DNA of 64,000 nucleotides from Methanoregula sp. (GTDB lineage: Archaea; Halobacteriota; Methanomicrobia; Methanomicrobiales; Methanospirillaceae): assembly GCA_039698055.1 (NCBI GenBank), contig JBDKTL010000037.1, positions 1 through 64,000 of the forward strand, read 5' to 3'. The stretch's first letter is position 1, and each line of letters starts with the position of its first letter. Position numbers and translations under genes: made by a program. Shown here piece by piece: positions 9,217 through 18,980 of the stretch. The notes below the pieces were generated by a model that searched no databases, was not told where the DNA came from, and was given only the letters and a program-made list of their open reading frames with translations.

Positions 9217-10476
9217 ATGGTGGCTGTGGAATCGTACGATGTTGCAGTAATCGGGGGAGGCCCGGCCGGTTTGTTCTGTGCAGCAAAGACTGCCGGGTCC
9301 GGCTGCCGGGTTGTCCTGCTCGAAAAAAACACGAGCCCCGGCGCAAAACTGCTGCTGTCCGGTTCCGGCCAATGCAACATCACCCATGCCGGCGAAATCC
9401 GGGAATTCCTCCCGCATTACCCGGGGCAGGAGAAATTTATCCGGCCGGCGCTGTTTGGTTTTTCGAACCGGGATCTCATCGCCTTTTTCCACGAACGGGG
9501 ACTGGAGATGATGACAGAAGAACGTGGCAAGGTGTTCCCGCAGTCACGGAGCGCCGCGGACGTGCTTGCCATTCTCATGGATGAATGCCGCCGGCGGGGA
9601 GTGGAGATCCGGTGCGGGAACGCCGTGACGGAAATTACCACGACACCGGAAGGGTTTCTCATCACTACGCCACTAATTACCGTTCGCTCCGGTGTTCTGG
9701 TAATTGCAACCGGTGGGGCATCGTACCCGAAAACCGGATCAACCGGCGACGGGTACCGTTTTGCCGGATCGCTTTGCCAGCCGGTCACGGAGATCGCCCC
9801 CGGGCTCACACCGCTTTTGATCCGGGATTTTCCCTTTGCGGCGCTCATGGGGATCTCGTTTGAGGACATGCGGTTCTCGGTCTGGCGGGAGCACCGGAAA
9901 CTTTCTGATTATCACGGGGATGTCCTGTTCACCCACCTTGGGTTGTCCGGCCCTGGGATTCTTGATGCGTCGCGGGACATCCGGCCCGGCGATGAGGTCC
10001 GGCTCTCGTTTGCCGGGAAGATGACCCGGGAGGAATTTGTGCAGGATCTGGTTACCCGTGCAGCAGAAAACCCGACATGGCAGTTGAGGACAATCCTTGC
10101 CGCATACCCGGTTCCCGAGCGGCTCAACCGGAAACTCCTCATGTTATCGGGAATCCCGGACGACATCAAATGTGCGCATTTTTCCGCGGCGATGCGATCG
10201 AAACTTGCCACGCTCTGCACGGAATTTCCGCTGACCGTTTCAGCCCCGGGAGGATTTTCTGTCGCGATGGTGACCCGGGGCGGCGTAGCACGGGAAGGCG
10301 TGAACAAAAAAACCATGGAATCAACAACGGTTCCCCATCTCTATTTTGCCGGCGAAGTGCTCGATATCGATGGCGACACCGGGGGATATAATCTCCAGGC
10401 GGCCTTTTCGACCGGGTATCTGGCGGCACAGGGTATCCGGGAAAAACGTAACTATACCGGGAAATTCACGCAATAA
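9217..10476 (+). CDS. HI0933/BaiN-family flavoprotein oxidoreductase
   Basis: GGGPAG, KLLLSGSGQCNITH, ATGGASYPKTGSTGDG, GDTGGYNLQAAFSTG. Confidence 0.93.
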   Translation: MVAVESYDVAVIGGGPAGLFCAAKTAGSGCRVVLLEKNTSPGAKLLLSGSGQCNITHAGEIREFLPHYPGQEKFIRPALFGFSNRDLIAFFHERGLEMMTEERGKVFPQSRSAADVLAILMDECRRRGVEIRCGNAVTEITTTPEGFLITTPLITVRSGVLVIATGGASYPKTGSTGDGYRFAGSLCQPVTEIAPGLTPLLIRDFPFAALMGISFEDMRFSVWREHRKLSDYHGDVLFTHLGLSGPGILDASRDIRPGDEVRLSFAGKMTREEFVQDLVTRAAENPTWQLRTILAAYPVPERLNRKLLMLSGIPDDIKCAHFSAAMRSKLATLCTEFPLTVSAPGGFSVAMVTRGGVAREGVNKKTMESTTVPHLYFAGEVLDIDGDTGGYNLQAAFSTGYLAAQGIREKRNYTGKFTQ

Positions 10477-11282
10477 TCACCCGGTTTCCTCACCGTCGTA
10501 AAACCAGCCACATTCCAGCCTCCGTTCCACAATCCAACCCCGCACAATTTTTATCCGGCACACGCTTAAAAGCCCCTTATTCACATTACACGGGCAAATC
10601 CCAACACCTCCGCACCGTTTGGATGTTTTCGCACCCTGATCGCGAAATTTCACCCAGCTTTTGGGGCACGATAAAATCGTCCGTTTGTCAAAATAACAGA
10701 TTTGCACAGACTTTGTAAAACGGGGCCCGATACGGGCTTTGTTTGGGATGGTGGAGATGAATCCGGTGCCGTATCGCGCCCGGATTGAATGCAGGACATA
10801 ATGATCGATCCGAATCATGTTTACCCGGAACTGATTGCCACAATGATACATGGTGAACGAGCGATTCACGTCAGACAACTAATTACCCCTGCATAAATTT
10901 TCCTTTTTACTCGTTCGTAATGACTATGGCATTCGGGTAAATTCGTTGATACCCGAAAAATTCACACGTACGATAATTTAATCCGGATCTATGCTTTTGT
11001 TGCAGCACAGAAAAAAATGCGAAAAGAGACCCATATGCTTCACAAGTAATGGATAGAAGTGTAAAATAACTACGATACATCACGTTAATCGGACATACAT
11101 ATCGCTGATTTTTTCAGGAAGATAATCCAAATAAAAAAATTTCGTAAAGATCCTCCCGTTTCTCAAAAAAAAGCCGGAACAACTGGGCTAAAAAATCCTG
11201 ATTACCCGTGTTCCTTCCGGCGCCTCTTTATCCACTAAAATTTGCACAACACATTTGTATTCCCGGAACCATTTTCATTGCA

Positions 11283-11996
11283 ATGACCCTGAAGTACGAG
11301 ATCATTGGCGACAATCTCCAGATGGTAAAATGCACGCTTGCACCGGGCGAAGGACTCTTTGCAGAAGCCGGATCGATGGTGAACATGAGCGGCAACATGC
11401 ACATGGAAAGCCAGATGAAAGGCGGCATCCTCTCCGGCATCAAACGCATGGTAACCGGCGAGAGTTTCTTCCTGACCCGGTTCACTCCCACGGATAAAGC
11501 CGGCCACGTTGCCTTTGCCGGGAATGTTACCGGGAAAATATTCCCGGTTAAAATCATGCAAGGGAAAGATTACATCGCCCAGAAAGAGTCGTTCCTTGTG
11601 TGCGAGGAGCAGGTGAATCTCGATATCGCGTTCACGCAGAAAATCCGGGCCGGGCTGTTTGGCGGGGCAGGCTTTATCCTCCAGAGAATGACCGGCGACG
11701 GCCTGGTGTTCCTTCACTGCTGCGGGGATATCATTGAACTCTCGCTCAAAGCCGATGAAGTTGTCAAAGTCCAGACCGGGCTTGTTGTCGGCTTTGAAGA
11801 CACCGTGAAGTACGACATCGCGCTTGCCGGCGGGGTCTCGACCGTGCTCTTTGGCGGCGAAGGGCTCTTTGTCACCACGCTCACCGGGCCGGGCAACGTT
11901 GTCCTCCAGTCAATGGATGTCGCAAAACTGGCGGCAACACTCGTGCCATTCCTCCCCAAACCATCTCCTGCTCCAGCTCAGGTCGTCAATAAATAA
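11283..11996 (+). CDS. AIM24/TIGR00266 family protein
   Basis: AEAGSM, GESFF, GLFGGAGFILQR, LFGGEGLF..LTGPG.V.LQS. Confidence 0.92.
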   Translation: MTLKYEIIGDNLQMVKCTLAPGEGLFAEAGSMVNMSGNMHMESQMKGGILSGIKRMVTGESFFLTRFTPTDKAGHVAFAGNVTGKIFPVKIMQGKDYIAQKESFLVCEEQVNLDIAFTQKIRAGLFGGAGFILQRMTGDGLVFLHCCGDIIELSLKADEVVKVQTGLVVGFEDTVKYDIALAGGVSTVLFGGEGLFVTTLTGPGNVVLQSMDVAKLAATLVPFLPKPSPAPAQVVNK

Positions 11997-12275
11997 TGTG
12001 GTGAATGCCAAAACAAAATTCTTTTTTTTTTAATACATGCCCTGATGATGTCATTCATGCGAAAAAAAATTGGCACGAAATCATCGGGTTCCCTACATGA
12101 GAAACGAAAAATTTGTGTAAAGTTCTCTCGTTTTTATCGCGATCGTTTGTCAGCATATGTACCTGTTATTCATTCATGCTAAAATCGGCTTTAAAGAAAT
12201 CCTCAAAAGTTTAATTGCCATAACACTCTTTTTGGGCTACGGCAATCCTCACCGTTGCTCGCGCCGCTGTGATAT

Positions 12276-12401
12276 CCCCCGTTTGCGATAGTGGTGTATT
12301 TCCTCTTTCCGTCATCATCGCACGTGAGCCCCGTCCCCCTCGGGGGACTGGTGGCGCAAGAGGGGGGGCTGCGTGTGACAAAAGAGGTTTTCTCCAGTGC
12401 C
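12276..12401. repeat. Palindromic intergenic repeat, copy 1 (MITE/REP-like)
   Basis: Aligns by eye with 18082-18208 over ~125 bp; contains GTCCCC/GGGGAC and GCGAT/ATCGC stems. Confidence 0.85.
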
Positions 12402-12410
12402 CTAAAATCC

Positions 12411-13130
12411 TTATTTTTTATTCCACCCAAGGTTTTCGAGCAGGTACTTTGTCTCGTCCTGCGCCTTGCTCCCCGGGCTGCGTGGCTGGACGACGAGCGT
12501 GATCGCATCCTTGAGCGCGATATTTTTCCCCTTCATCTTGCAGAGCGTGTAATCGCCATTGAACCGGCCGAGCGCTTTGATAAATGCGCTGAGAATTTTT
12601 TTCCGGTTGGCAAGATCGCTTTTTTTCAGTTTCATGAGATGCTCGAAAATCGAAACATCGATCAGCGTCGATGCCATCCAGCTGATCTCACAGGTATAGC
12701 CAAACAGCCATGCAATCCGGGAATTTTTTGTGGTGGAGATGAAATCGCCGATATTGTTGCCCACGCTGCACGAGCCGATGATCACGCCTTCGATATTGGT
12801 GTAATTCGCCGCATTCCGGACGACCCGGAACATTTCCGGGATCTTCATGCCGGTTTTTGATTTCAGCCCGCCAATCCTCTTGTCGGTCCCGTGGGCTGCG
12901 ACGTACAGGAAGAGCCGGTCTTCCCGGGTATTCATGAGATCGTCGGTAAGGGCGCGGCGGAACCCGACTTTCTCGTAGAAGTTGGAGTAGTAGATATTGA
13001 AATCGCCTTTGTAACTTTCCAGCCCTTCAAGAAATGCGAGTACTGAGGGGCGCTTGGGTTTTTGTTCGGGGGTCCACCACAGGCCTTCGATAACAAGGAG
13101 TGCCATGCTGCTCATGGGGTAGTTCACCAT
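12411..13130 (-). CDS. Hypothetical protein with caspase/CHAT-like catalytic motifs (DUF6642-like)
   Basis: LYVAAHG and VIIGSC motifs; start 13130 or 13115. Confidence 0.6.
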   Translation of the reverse strand: MVNYPMSSMALLVIEGLWWTPEQKPKRPSVLAFLEGLESYKGDFNIYYSNFYEKVGFRRALTDDLMNTREDRLFLYVAAHGTDKRIGGLKSKTGMKIPEMFRVVRNAANYTNIEGVIIGSCSVGNNIGDFISTTKNSRIAWLFGYTCEISWMASTLIDVSIFEHLMKLKKSDLANRKKILSAFIKALGRFNGDYTLCKMKGKNIALKDAITLVVQPRSPGSKAQDETKYLLENLGWNKK

Positions 13131-13369
13131 CGTACCGGTTTTTTTATGCACAGCCGGCAGTGCATTGAGGAGAACGTAGGTGTGAAAGCGGATAATGATA
13201 TCGACATTTGTTTTATTCTGCCACGCGTGCTTGTGCAGGAACCCAGCTGCCGCAGAGTAAAAAAAATTAAAAAAGAAAATTTTTATGCCCGCCGCATCGG
13301 ATATCTGGTACCGGAAAAAAAGCATTTTTTTCCCGTGCACAAAATTTTTTTTTGAGGTACCACGACATC

Positions 13370-13720
13370 ATGCCAGACCAATGCGACCATTCTGCTGCCG
13401 GTTCACCGGGCAACGGGTGTGCCGGAGATACCAGCACATCCGCCGATGCACAGTTCCTCCGGGAAATCGCGACGGGCATGAGTCTTGAACGGATTGTGGA
13501 GATTACCGAAGAGTTCACTCACCTGAACCAGCTCATCGTGCGTCATATCGAAAAGGGCGGGGGATTTACCAGCACCGGGGCGTATTTTAAATCCGTCCAG
13601 CCGGTTCTCGATATGCTGGAGATCGAAATCAGGGTCAGGTATTGCCCCGGCATGACACGGAAACAGATGAAACTCATTATCCAGGACTGGATCGATCAGG
13701 AAATCCGGGAACTTGAGTGA
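13370..13720 (+). CDS. Hypothetical helical protein
   Basis: GAGGT SD-like sequence upstream; protein-like composition. Confidence 0.65.
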   Translation: MPDQCDHSAAGSPGNGCAGDTSTSADAQFLREIATGMSLERIVEITEEFTHLNQLIVRHIEKGGGFTSTGAYFKSVQPVLDMLEIEIRVRYCPGMTRKQMKLIIQDWIDQEIRELE

Positions 13721-13798
13721 CTGGGGAAGTGTCTGCCCGAAAAAATTCAAAAGGAGAATTTTTAATGCCGGTTTATCGTGGGATCCGGGGAAAAAACC

Positions 13799-15004
13799 TT
13801 ACATCCACCCGGTTGCCCATGCCCACATGTTGTGGACACCGGCAGAGATCACAACACCCGGATCGATGCCGAGCACCGGGAAGACGAAGATAAAATACAG
13901 GACAGTCCCAATCAGGCTCCCGAGATTTGCCAGCGCCGCAACCAGCACTACTTTAAAGAGCGGGATACGGGCCATCTCGCCGATAGATTCTGCCGCATAG
14001 ATTTTGCGGAAATCCGATACCGGGGGTTTTCTTACCCGGGCTTCCACGTACGCCGCGATCCATCCCGCGTGGAGCATCGGGTTTAACGAGGTCATCCACG
14101 CAACGCCAAAACAGGTCAGCGCAGAATACGGGTGGCCCCCGGCAAGGAGAGTAAATATCGCCGCAAGTACACCGTGGATGACCACCCAGAAGATAAACGC
14201 ATACAGGAGCACCATCCAGCCGACACCCGAAAATGCAATTGCCGCAAGCAGGAATGCAAACAATGCCGTGACCGCGAAGCCGAAGATCGTTCCCCACGGG
14301 AATGATTTGGGCTCGTGCGCAAGTGCGTCAAAGGGCGGGAGAGTCTCTGGCTTGTCAAGATAATTCGTGATCCCCTGCCGGTGTCCTGCGCCGACAACTG
14401 CAAGGATACGCCCCTCCGGGCGCTGCACTTTTAACAGGATCAGCTGGTGGGCGATATAAGCGTCCCGCTCGTCAATCAGCGCCCGTGCGCCATTGGGCGA
14501 GAACTTGCGGAACTCCTCCATTACCGCGTCGATGACATTCTGCTCCTTTAAGGATTCAATATCGATCTCCTGTCCGTTGTCCACTTCCGCAATCGAGATG
14601 ATCAGCGCGTAGAACATCCTGAGTTTCTCGATAATCCCCAGAGATTTCCAGAACCGCAGCAGCGTAAGCCGGATGTCCCGGTCGACAAGGGCAACCGGGA
14701 TATTATGGCTTTCCGCCGCTTCGATCGCCGCCTTCATCTCGGCGCCCGGCTCGACACCCACGTCCACGCCAATCTTGCGCTGGAGGTACGAGAGCAGCCA
14801 CTGGACGAGGAGCGAGTTGAAGTTTTTCACTTCAAGGACATCCTCAACCGTCGGGTCCCGGGCCTGTTTCTTGAGCGCGGAAAACCGTGCCGGGTCAAGC
14901 TCGATCGCAACAACGTCGGGTTTGAACTCTTCAATTGCTGACTGGACTTCTTCAACACTCTTCTGGGAGACGTGAGCAGTCCCGACGATTTTTATTTCCG
15001 CCAT
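13799..15004 (-). CDS. TraB/GumN (PrgY-like) family membrane protein
   Basis: IVGTAHVS, VAIELD, PGAEM, LVDRDI, LIDERD, VVGAGH; C-terminal TMs. Confidence 0.92.
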   Translation of the reverse strand: MAEIKIVGTAHVSQKSVEEVQSAIEEFKPDVVAIELDPARFSALKKQARDPTVEDVLEVKNFNSLLVQWLLSYLQRKIGVDVGVEPGAEMKAAIEAAESHNIPVALVDRDIRLTLLRFWKSLGIIEKLRMFYALIISIAEVDNGQEIDIESLKEQNVIDAVMEEFRKFSPNGARALIDERDAYIAHQLILLKVQRPEGRILAVVGAGHRQGITNYLDKPETLPPFDALAHEPKSFPWGTIFGFAVTALFAFLLAAIAFSGVGWMVLLYAFIFWVVIHGVLAAIFTLLAGGHPYSALTCFGVAWMTSLNPMLHAGWIAAYVEARVRKPPVSDFRKIYAAESIGEMARIPLFKVVLVAALANLGSLIGTVLYFIFVFPVLGIDPGVVISAGVHNMWAWATGWM

Positions 15005-15152
15005 CAATCACCGTTCTGTCACTACTATTTGCGCTCGCTCCTCATTAAGGGTAAGGTGAAAGCCGTATTTCCGGAAAAATTACGTGGTGGCGCAATTAAA
15101 AAAGGGGGAAACGGTCAGAAAATAAAACCAGTGAACGGTACCTGGCGCTATA

Positions 15153-15539
15153 CTAGCAGTTCTGCTGGCATTCCATCATCTGCACCGGGCTGGCATTATA
15201 CTGGCTTATGCATGTCCGCACACAGTTTCTGCACTGCTCAAATGGTGGTTCGTACACCGGCTGGCAGGAACCCTGTACTATTGAACAGTGTGCAAATCTC
15301 CGGCACTGGTCCCCTGCCGCGAACATGGCCGTACATACTTCAGCCGGATGTGGTCCGCACTGGATCTCAAGACCATGGCAATTTTCCACACCGCATACCG
15401 TATCCGTAACCGGCAGGGTGGCTGTGGGGGCGGGGGTAACCGCTGGCGGTGAGAGCGGTGACGGAACTGTGCAGCCAGCTGCGCAGACAAGGATAACCGC
15501 CAGTGCGCACACGACAGTTCCATACAAGGACAGTTTCAT
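15153..15539 (-). CDS. Cys-rich putative lipoprotein
   Basis: Signal peptide ending AAGC, Pro/Thr linker, C-terminal domain with 10 Cys. Confidence 0.7.
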   Translation of the reverse strand: MKLSLYGTVVCALAVILVCAAGCTVPSPLSPPAVTPAPTATLPVTDTVCGVENCHGLEIQCGPHPAEVCTAMFAAGDQCRRFAHCSIVQGSCQPVYEPPFEQCRNCVRTCISQYNASPVQMMECQQNC

Positions 15540-15723
15540 TTTTTGCTCCACACATCTGTTGGGAAGTTCCGGGAAGATTAATTCATCGTTTTTCCGGTGT
15601 CCCAATCCGGAAGAGCATAACTATGGCCGGGCATCCATCGCGATCTTTTTTGCTCCGGCCGGCAAAGATAAAGGTAAACTGCGACGACGGGCAAGTTTTT
15701 TTTAACGTTTGCATGGATACTGC

Positions 15724-16119
15724 ATGATATCAGAACAGGACTGCCGGCAGTGCGGCCGGTGCTGTGAGAAATGGGGCTGGGGCCAGAAAGGGATAATCGA
15801 AGATCTCGTTCCCTGGATCACATCAGGCCGAAACGATATTCTCCGGCACGTTTCTGTCACGCTCGCCAGCCGGAAACGGTGCAGCGGCACACAGATATCG
15901 CTTGCCGACCTGCCGCAGGTCACCCGCATCGAATACTGGACAGATCCCGGTGGCAGGGCTCTTTCACACTGCCCGTTTTATTTCCGGGCCGGCGACGGGA
16001 AAGTGTACTGCAAAATCCATGACACCAAACCCGCGGTCTGCATCGGGTTCACTCCATGGAACGAGGGCATCCGGGATTATGCCCTGAACTGCCCGGCATG
16101 CTATGACACAACCCCGTGA
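15724..16119 (+). CDS. YkgJ-family CxxCxxCC (Fe-S/Zn cluster) protein
   Basis: CRQCGRCC...CPF...CKIHDTKPAVC.GF.PW. Confidence 0.85.
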   Translation: MISEQDCRQCGRCCEKWGWGQKGIIEDLVPWITSGRNDILRHVSVTLASRKRCSGTQISLADLPQVTRIEYWTDPGGRALSHCPFYFRAGDGKVYCKIHDTKPAVCIGFTPWNEGIRDYALNCPACYDTTP

Positions 16120-16216
16120 CGGGACGGACAACGCACGTGAGTAATTCCGGTAACCTTATACGGCATCGCCCGTCAAACGTATTTGCCCAGAACCGGGGAG
16201 AAAACAATGGGAAAAA

Positions 16217-17296
16217 TCAGGGTTTATGGGTGATGACCAGTCCCTTGTTGTCGACTTTTGTCACAATCGCGATGGTGAGGCCGATGGGTTTGAGGATCTT
16301 CTCGATCGTTTTACGGTCTTTTGTCGTGACAATTGCAATTGACGGGCCAACGGAACTCATGCCGACAAATTCCAGCCCGGCTTCCCGCAGCATGCTCATG
16401 TACTGGTAGATCCGGTAACTGTGGTGCTCCACTTCGGCACGCTTGGAGCCCCGGAATTCAATTTCCCAGATAACGTCCCCGATTTTTTTGAGATCGCCGC
16501 GCTCCAGTGCCGGCACCAGATCCATCAGGAACAGGTACGCCTTGAGTTCCCGGTCCCGGTAATCGAGCGTCCGTGCCTTGTTCATCAGCAGATCGAACTC
16601 CTGTGTGCCGGCCGAGGAAATATCGGTTGGCGGGACAACGATATAGACCTGCTTTCCTTCCGCAAACGGGTGGTGGTACACGAGGGCAAGTTCATCGCCC
16701 ATGATTGCCATGCCGCCGGTGGTGCTGACTGCCGGGCCCACACCAGTTTCAAAGCCAAACGCTATCGTGTTCTCTTTTGTCTCTTCAACGTAATTGTGGC
16801 CAATCAGCTGACGGAGTTCGGTGTTGGTCAGCGGGGCGCCGACTGCCTCGTTGAGTGCGGTTGCAATGGCGATCATCACGGTGCTCGTCGAACCAAGCCC
16901 GACGTGTTTGCGCTCGTGGTCGGTGGCTTTGATAGAAAAGCCTCCCTTATAGCCAACCGCCTTTGAAAAGACCGCAACAAAATTTTCGATAATTGGCGCA
17001 CGGTCGTAATCGATAACAACGCCTTTTTTCGTACAGGCCACTTCAGCGGTGCAGTAGCACTGGATGGCAAACCCGGTGCCGCCGCCCCCGGCATGGTCCG
17101 GGGCAAACCGGTTCATGTCCAGTACTGTTAAGTGGATCCGGGCTGGTGCTTTGACATGGATTTTTCCCTTTTTTGGTTTCAGGGTAAATTTTCTCTTCTC
17201 AAGGCCCAGCGTCTTTGGCATCTCGCCGGGAAGGAACGATTTGAACTCATATTCCACGAGATCCAGGTCGCCGCCGCGTATCATCATGATGGGCAT
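16217..17296 (-). CDS. GHMP-superfamily protein, beta-RFAP synthase (MptG)-like
   Basis: APARIH, HVGLGSTS GHMP loop, GMSSVGP. Confidence 0.75.
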   Translation of the reverse strand: MPIMMIRGGDLDLVEYEFKSFLPGEMPKTLGLEKRKFTLKPKKGKIHVKAPARIHLTVLDMNRFAPDHAGGGGTGFAIQCYCTAEVACTKKGVVIDYDRAPIIENFVAVFSKAVGYKGGFSIKATDHERKHVGLGSTSTVMIAIATALNEAVGAPLTNTELRQLIGHNYVEETKENTIAFGFETGVGPAVSTTGGMAIMGDELALVYHHPFAEGKQVYIVVPPTDISSAGTQEFDLLMNKARTLDYRDRELKAYLFLMDLVPALERGDLKKIGDVIWEIEFRGSKRAEVEHHSYRIYQYMSMLREAGLEFVGMSSVGPSIAIVTTKDRKTIEKILKPIGLTIAIVTKVDNKGLVITHKP

Positions 17297-17301
17297 GGGG
17301 A

Positions 17302-17865
17302 TCACTCAACTTTTGGGCGATCGAAGAAGATATTCTTTCCTGACGCCATGAGGGGTATTCCGTAGGCAACTGTGCATTTTTTCCCGAGCAGCCGGTCTTC
17401 GATTGCGGCACAACCGGCGCTGTACATGACCCGGTTGTCGACATTGTGGATCTGTGCCGTCTTTACCGCAGAACCGACAGCGATGCCGAGATCCGTGATC
17501 CGTATGATACAATTTGGCCCGGGGTAGGGAGTCTTTTTGGCGCTGTGATGTTTGCACGCTTCCGTAAACTCACTGCATCCGGGATAACCGCATCCCCCGC
17601 AGTTGACGCCGCCGGTCATGGTACCGTTTGTTCCGATAAGAACGCAGGCATCGCACGCTTCGATGTTCTTTGCATCGCGGAGGAAAAACCCAAGATTTGC
17701 TTTTTTCCCATACGCAGACATCGTCCCGGCAAGTGCCGCAAGATCCTTCCTGCGGCTGATAACCTGAACAAAGATTGTGTCCACGCCCTTTGCTTTGGGC
17801 GCGGTGCGGGCTGCAAGCGCCATGAGCCCGGCAACGGTGGTTACTGCTGTTTTTTCAACAGTCAT
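17302..17865 (-). CDS. DUF2148 ferredoxin-like protein
   Basis: AARTAPKAKG, NCGGCG..C, GPNC...DLGIAVGSA...DNRVMYS. Confidence 0.85.
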   Translation of the reverse strand: MTVEKTAVTTVAGLMALAARTAPKAKGVDTIFVQVISRRKDLAALAGTMSAYGKKANLGFFLRDAKNIEACDACVLIGTNGTMTGGVNCGGCGYPGCSEFTEACKHHSAKKTPYPGPNCIIRITDLGIAVGSAVKTAQIHNVDNRVMYSAGCAAIEDRLLGKKCTVAYGIPLMASGKNIFFDRPKVE

Positions 17866-18020
17866 ACGTGTGTATGAGCCACCATGAGAACATAAAGGTG
17901 CGGGTAGGTGAGAAGAAAAAGGGGTAAAAATATGCAGGGGGCAGATGGGCTTTGCATGACCATAATAGAAGTTTTAACGCACCGATCCATTTTTGTAAGA
18001 TTCTCTATTCTGATTTATTG

Positions 18021-18208
18021 ATGGGGGCAAACTGCCCCCATACCCCCGGATACGATGCACTCCGCCGCCACCGAGGGGACGCCCCCGGTCGCGATAGTGG
18101 AGTATTTCCTCTTTTTGGCATCATCGCACTGCGCCCCGTCCCCCTTGGGGGACTGGTGGCGCAAAGAAGGGGGACTTGCGTGTTATGAAAGAGGTTTTCT
18201 ACAGTGCC
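18021..18208. repeat. Palindromic intergenic repeat, copy 2 (MITE/REP-like), longer form
   Basis: Core 18082-18208 matches 12276-12401; extra 5' hairpin TGGGGGCA-aac-TGCCCCCA followed by TACCCCC. Confidence 0.85.
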
Positions 18209-18500
18209 GAATTTTAAATTACCCTTAACGATAATTATCGCCAATTATTGAGAATTAAAAAACTGCCTTGCTTGAGCAAGGGGTCGATGAGACCCCTCAA
18301 GCGACCCCTGCAGGGGTGGGACACATCGTAAAAAAAATTTCATCACCAGTGACGGTTCGAACGATGAAAAACATTTATTTCATCTTTTCAGTATTTGCCT
18401 TTAAGAAAAAATTATGTTCCCTCACAAAAATTATTAGCTGAATTTCTTCGCCATTTATTCCTCTTAAAAAAATTTCAGTGTCGGAAAAAACCCTTAATTA

Positions 18501-18980
18501 TCACGGTGAAATCCGGAACGCCACACCCTCAAATGCCGCAACAGTGCGTGAGCCCTCGTACACCATCACCCGGTACGTGTCGCAGGTGCCGTTGTCCGAA
18601 ACCCGTTGTGCAATCGCAACAAGTTTCCCGTGGGCCGGGGCGATATACTGGATGTGCACCGATACGGCAACCCGTTCGGTTTCGCCATAGTTTGCTGCAA
18701 TGCCAAACGCGTGATCGGCAAGCGAGAAGATTGCGCCGCCGTGGGCAACGCCGCGGGGACTGCATTTCCCGGTACAGTCCATCTCTACCCGGGCATACCC
18801 GTCGCCTGCCCCGGTAATATGCATGCCCATCAGCCGGGCAAAATCGCACGCGTTGAATGCCGCTGTTTTTCCTGACCGATCTGCTTCCTGAGGCTCATCG
18901 CCGGGCGGCGATACTTCCCTGCCAGCGGTATCCCCGTCCGGAAAAACAGGATTATTTGTATTTTTTCTGGGTGTAGGCAT
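18501..18980 (-). CDS. PaaI-family thioesterase (hotdog fold)
   Basis: GVAHGGAIFSLADHAFG motif. Confidence 0.88.
   Translation of the reverse strand: MPTPRKNTNNPVFPDGDTAGREVSPPGDEPQEADRSGKTAAFNACDFARLMGMHITGAGDGYARVEMDCTGKCSPRGVAHGGAIFSLADHAFGIAANYGETERVAVSVHIQYIAPAHGKLVAIAQRVSDNGTCDTYRVMVYEGSRTVAAFEGVAFRISP

Noticed and set aside
10477-10878. 133-aa ORF on the - strand
   Set aside because: TTG start, no SD, no protein-like features
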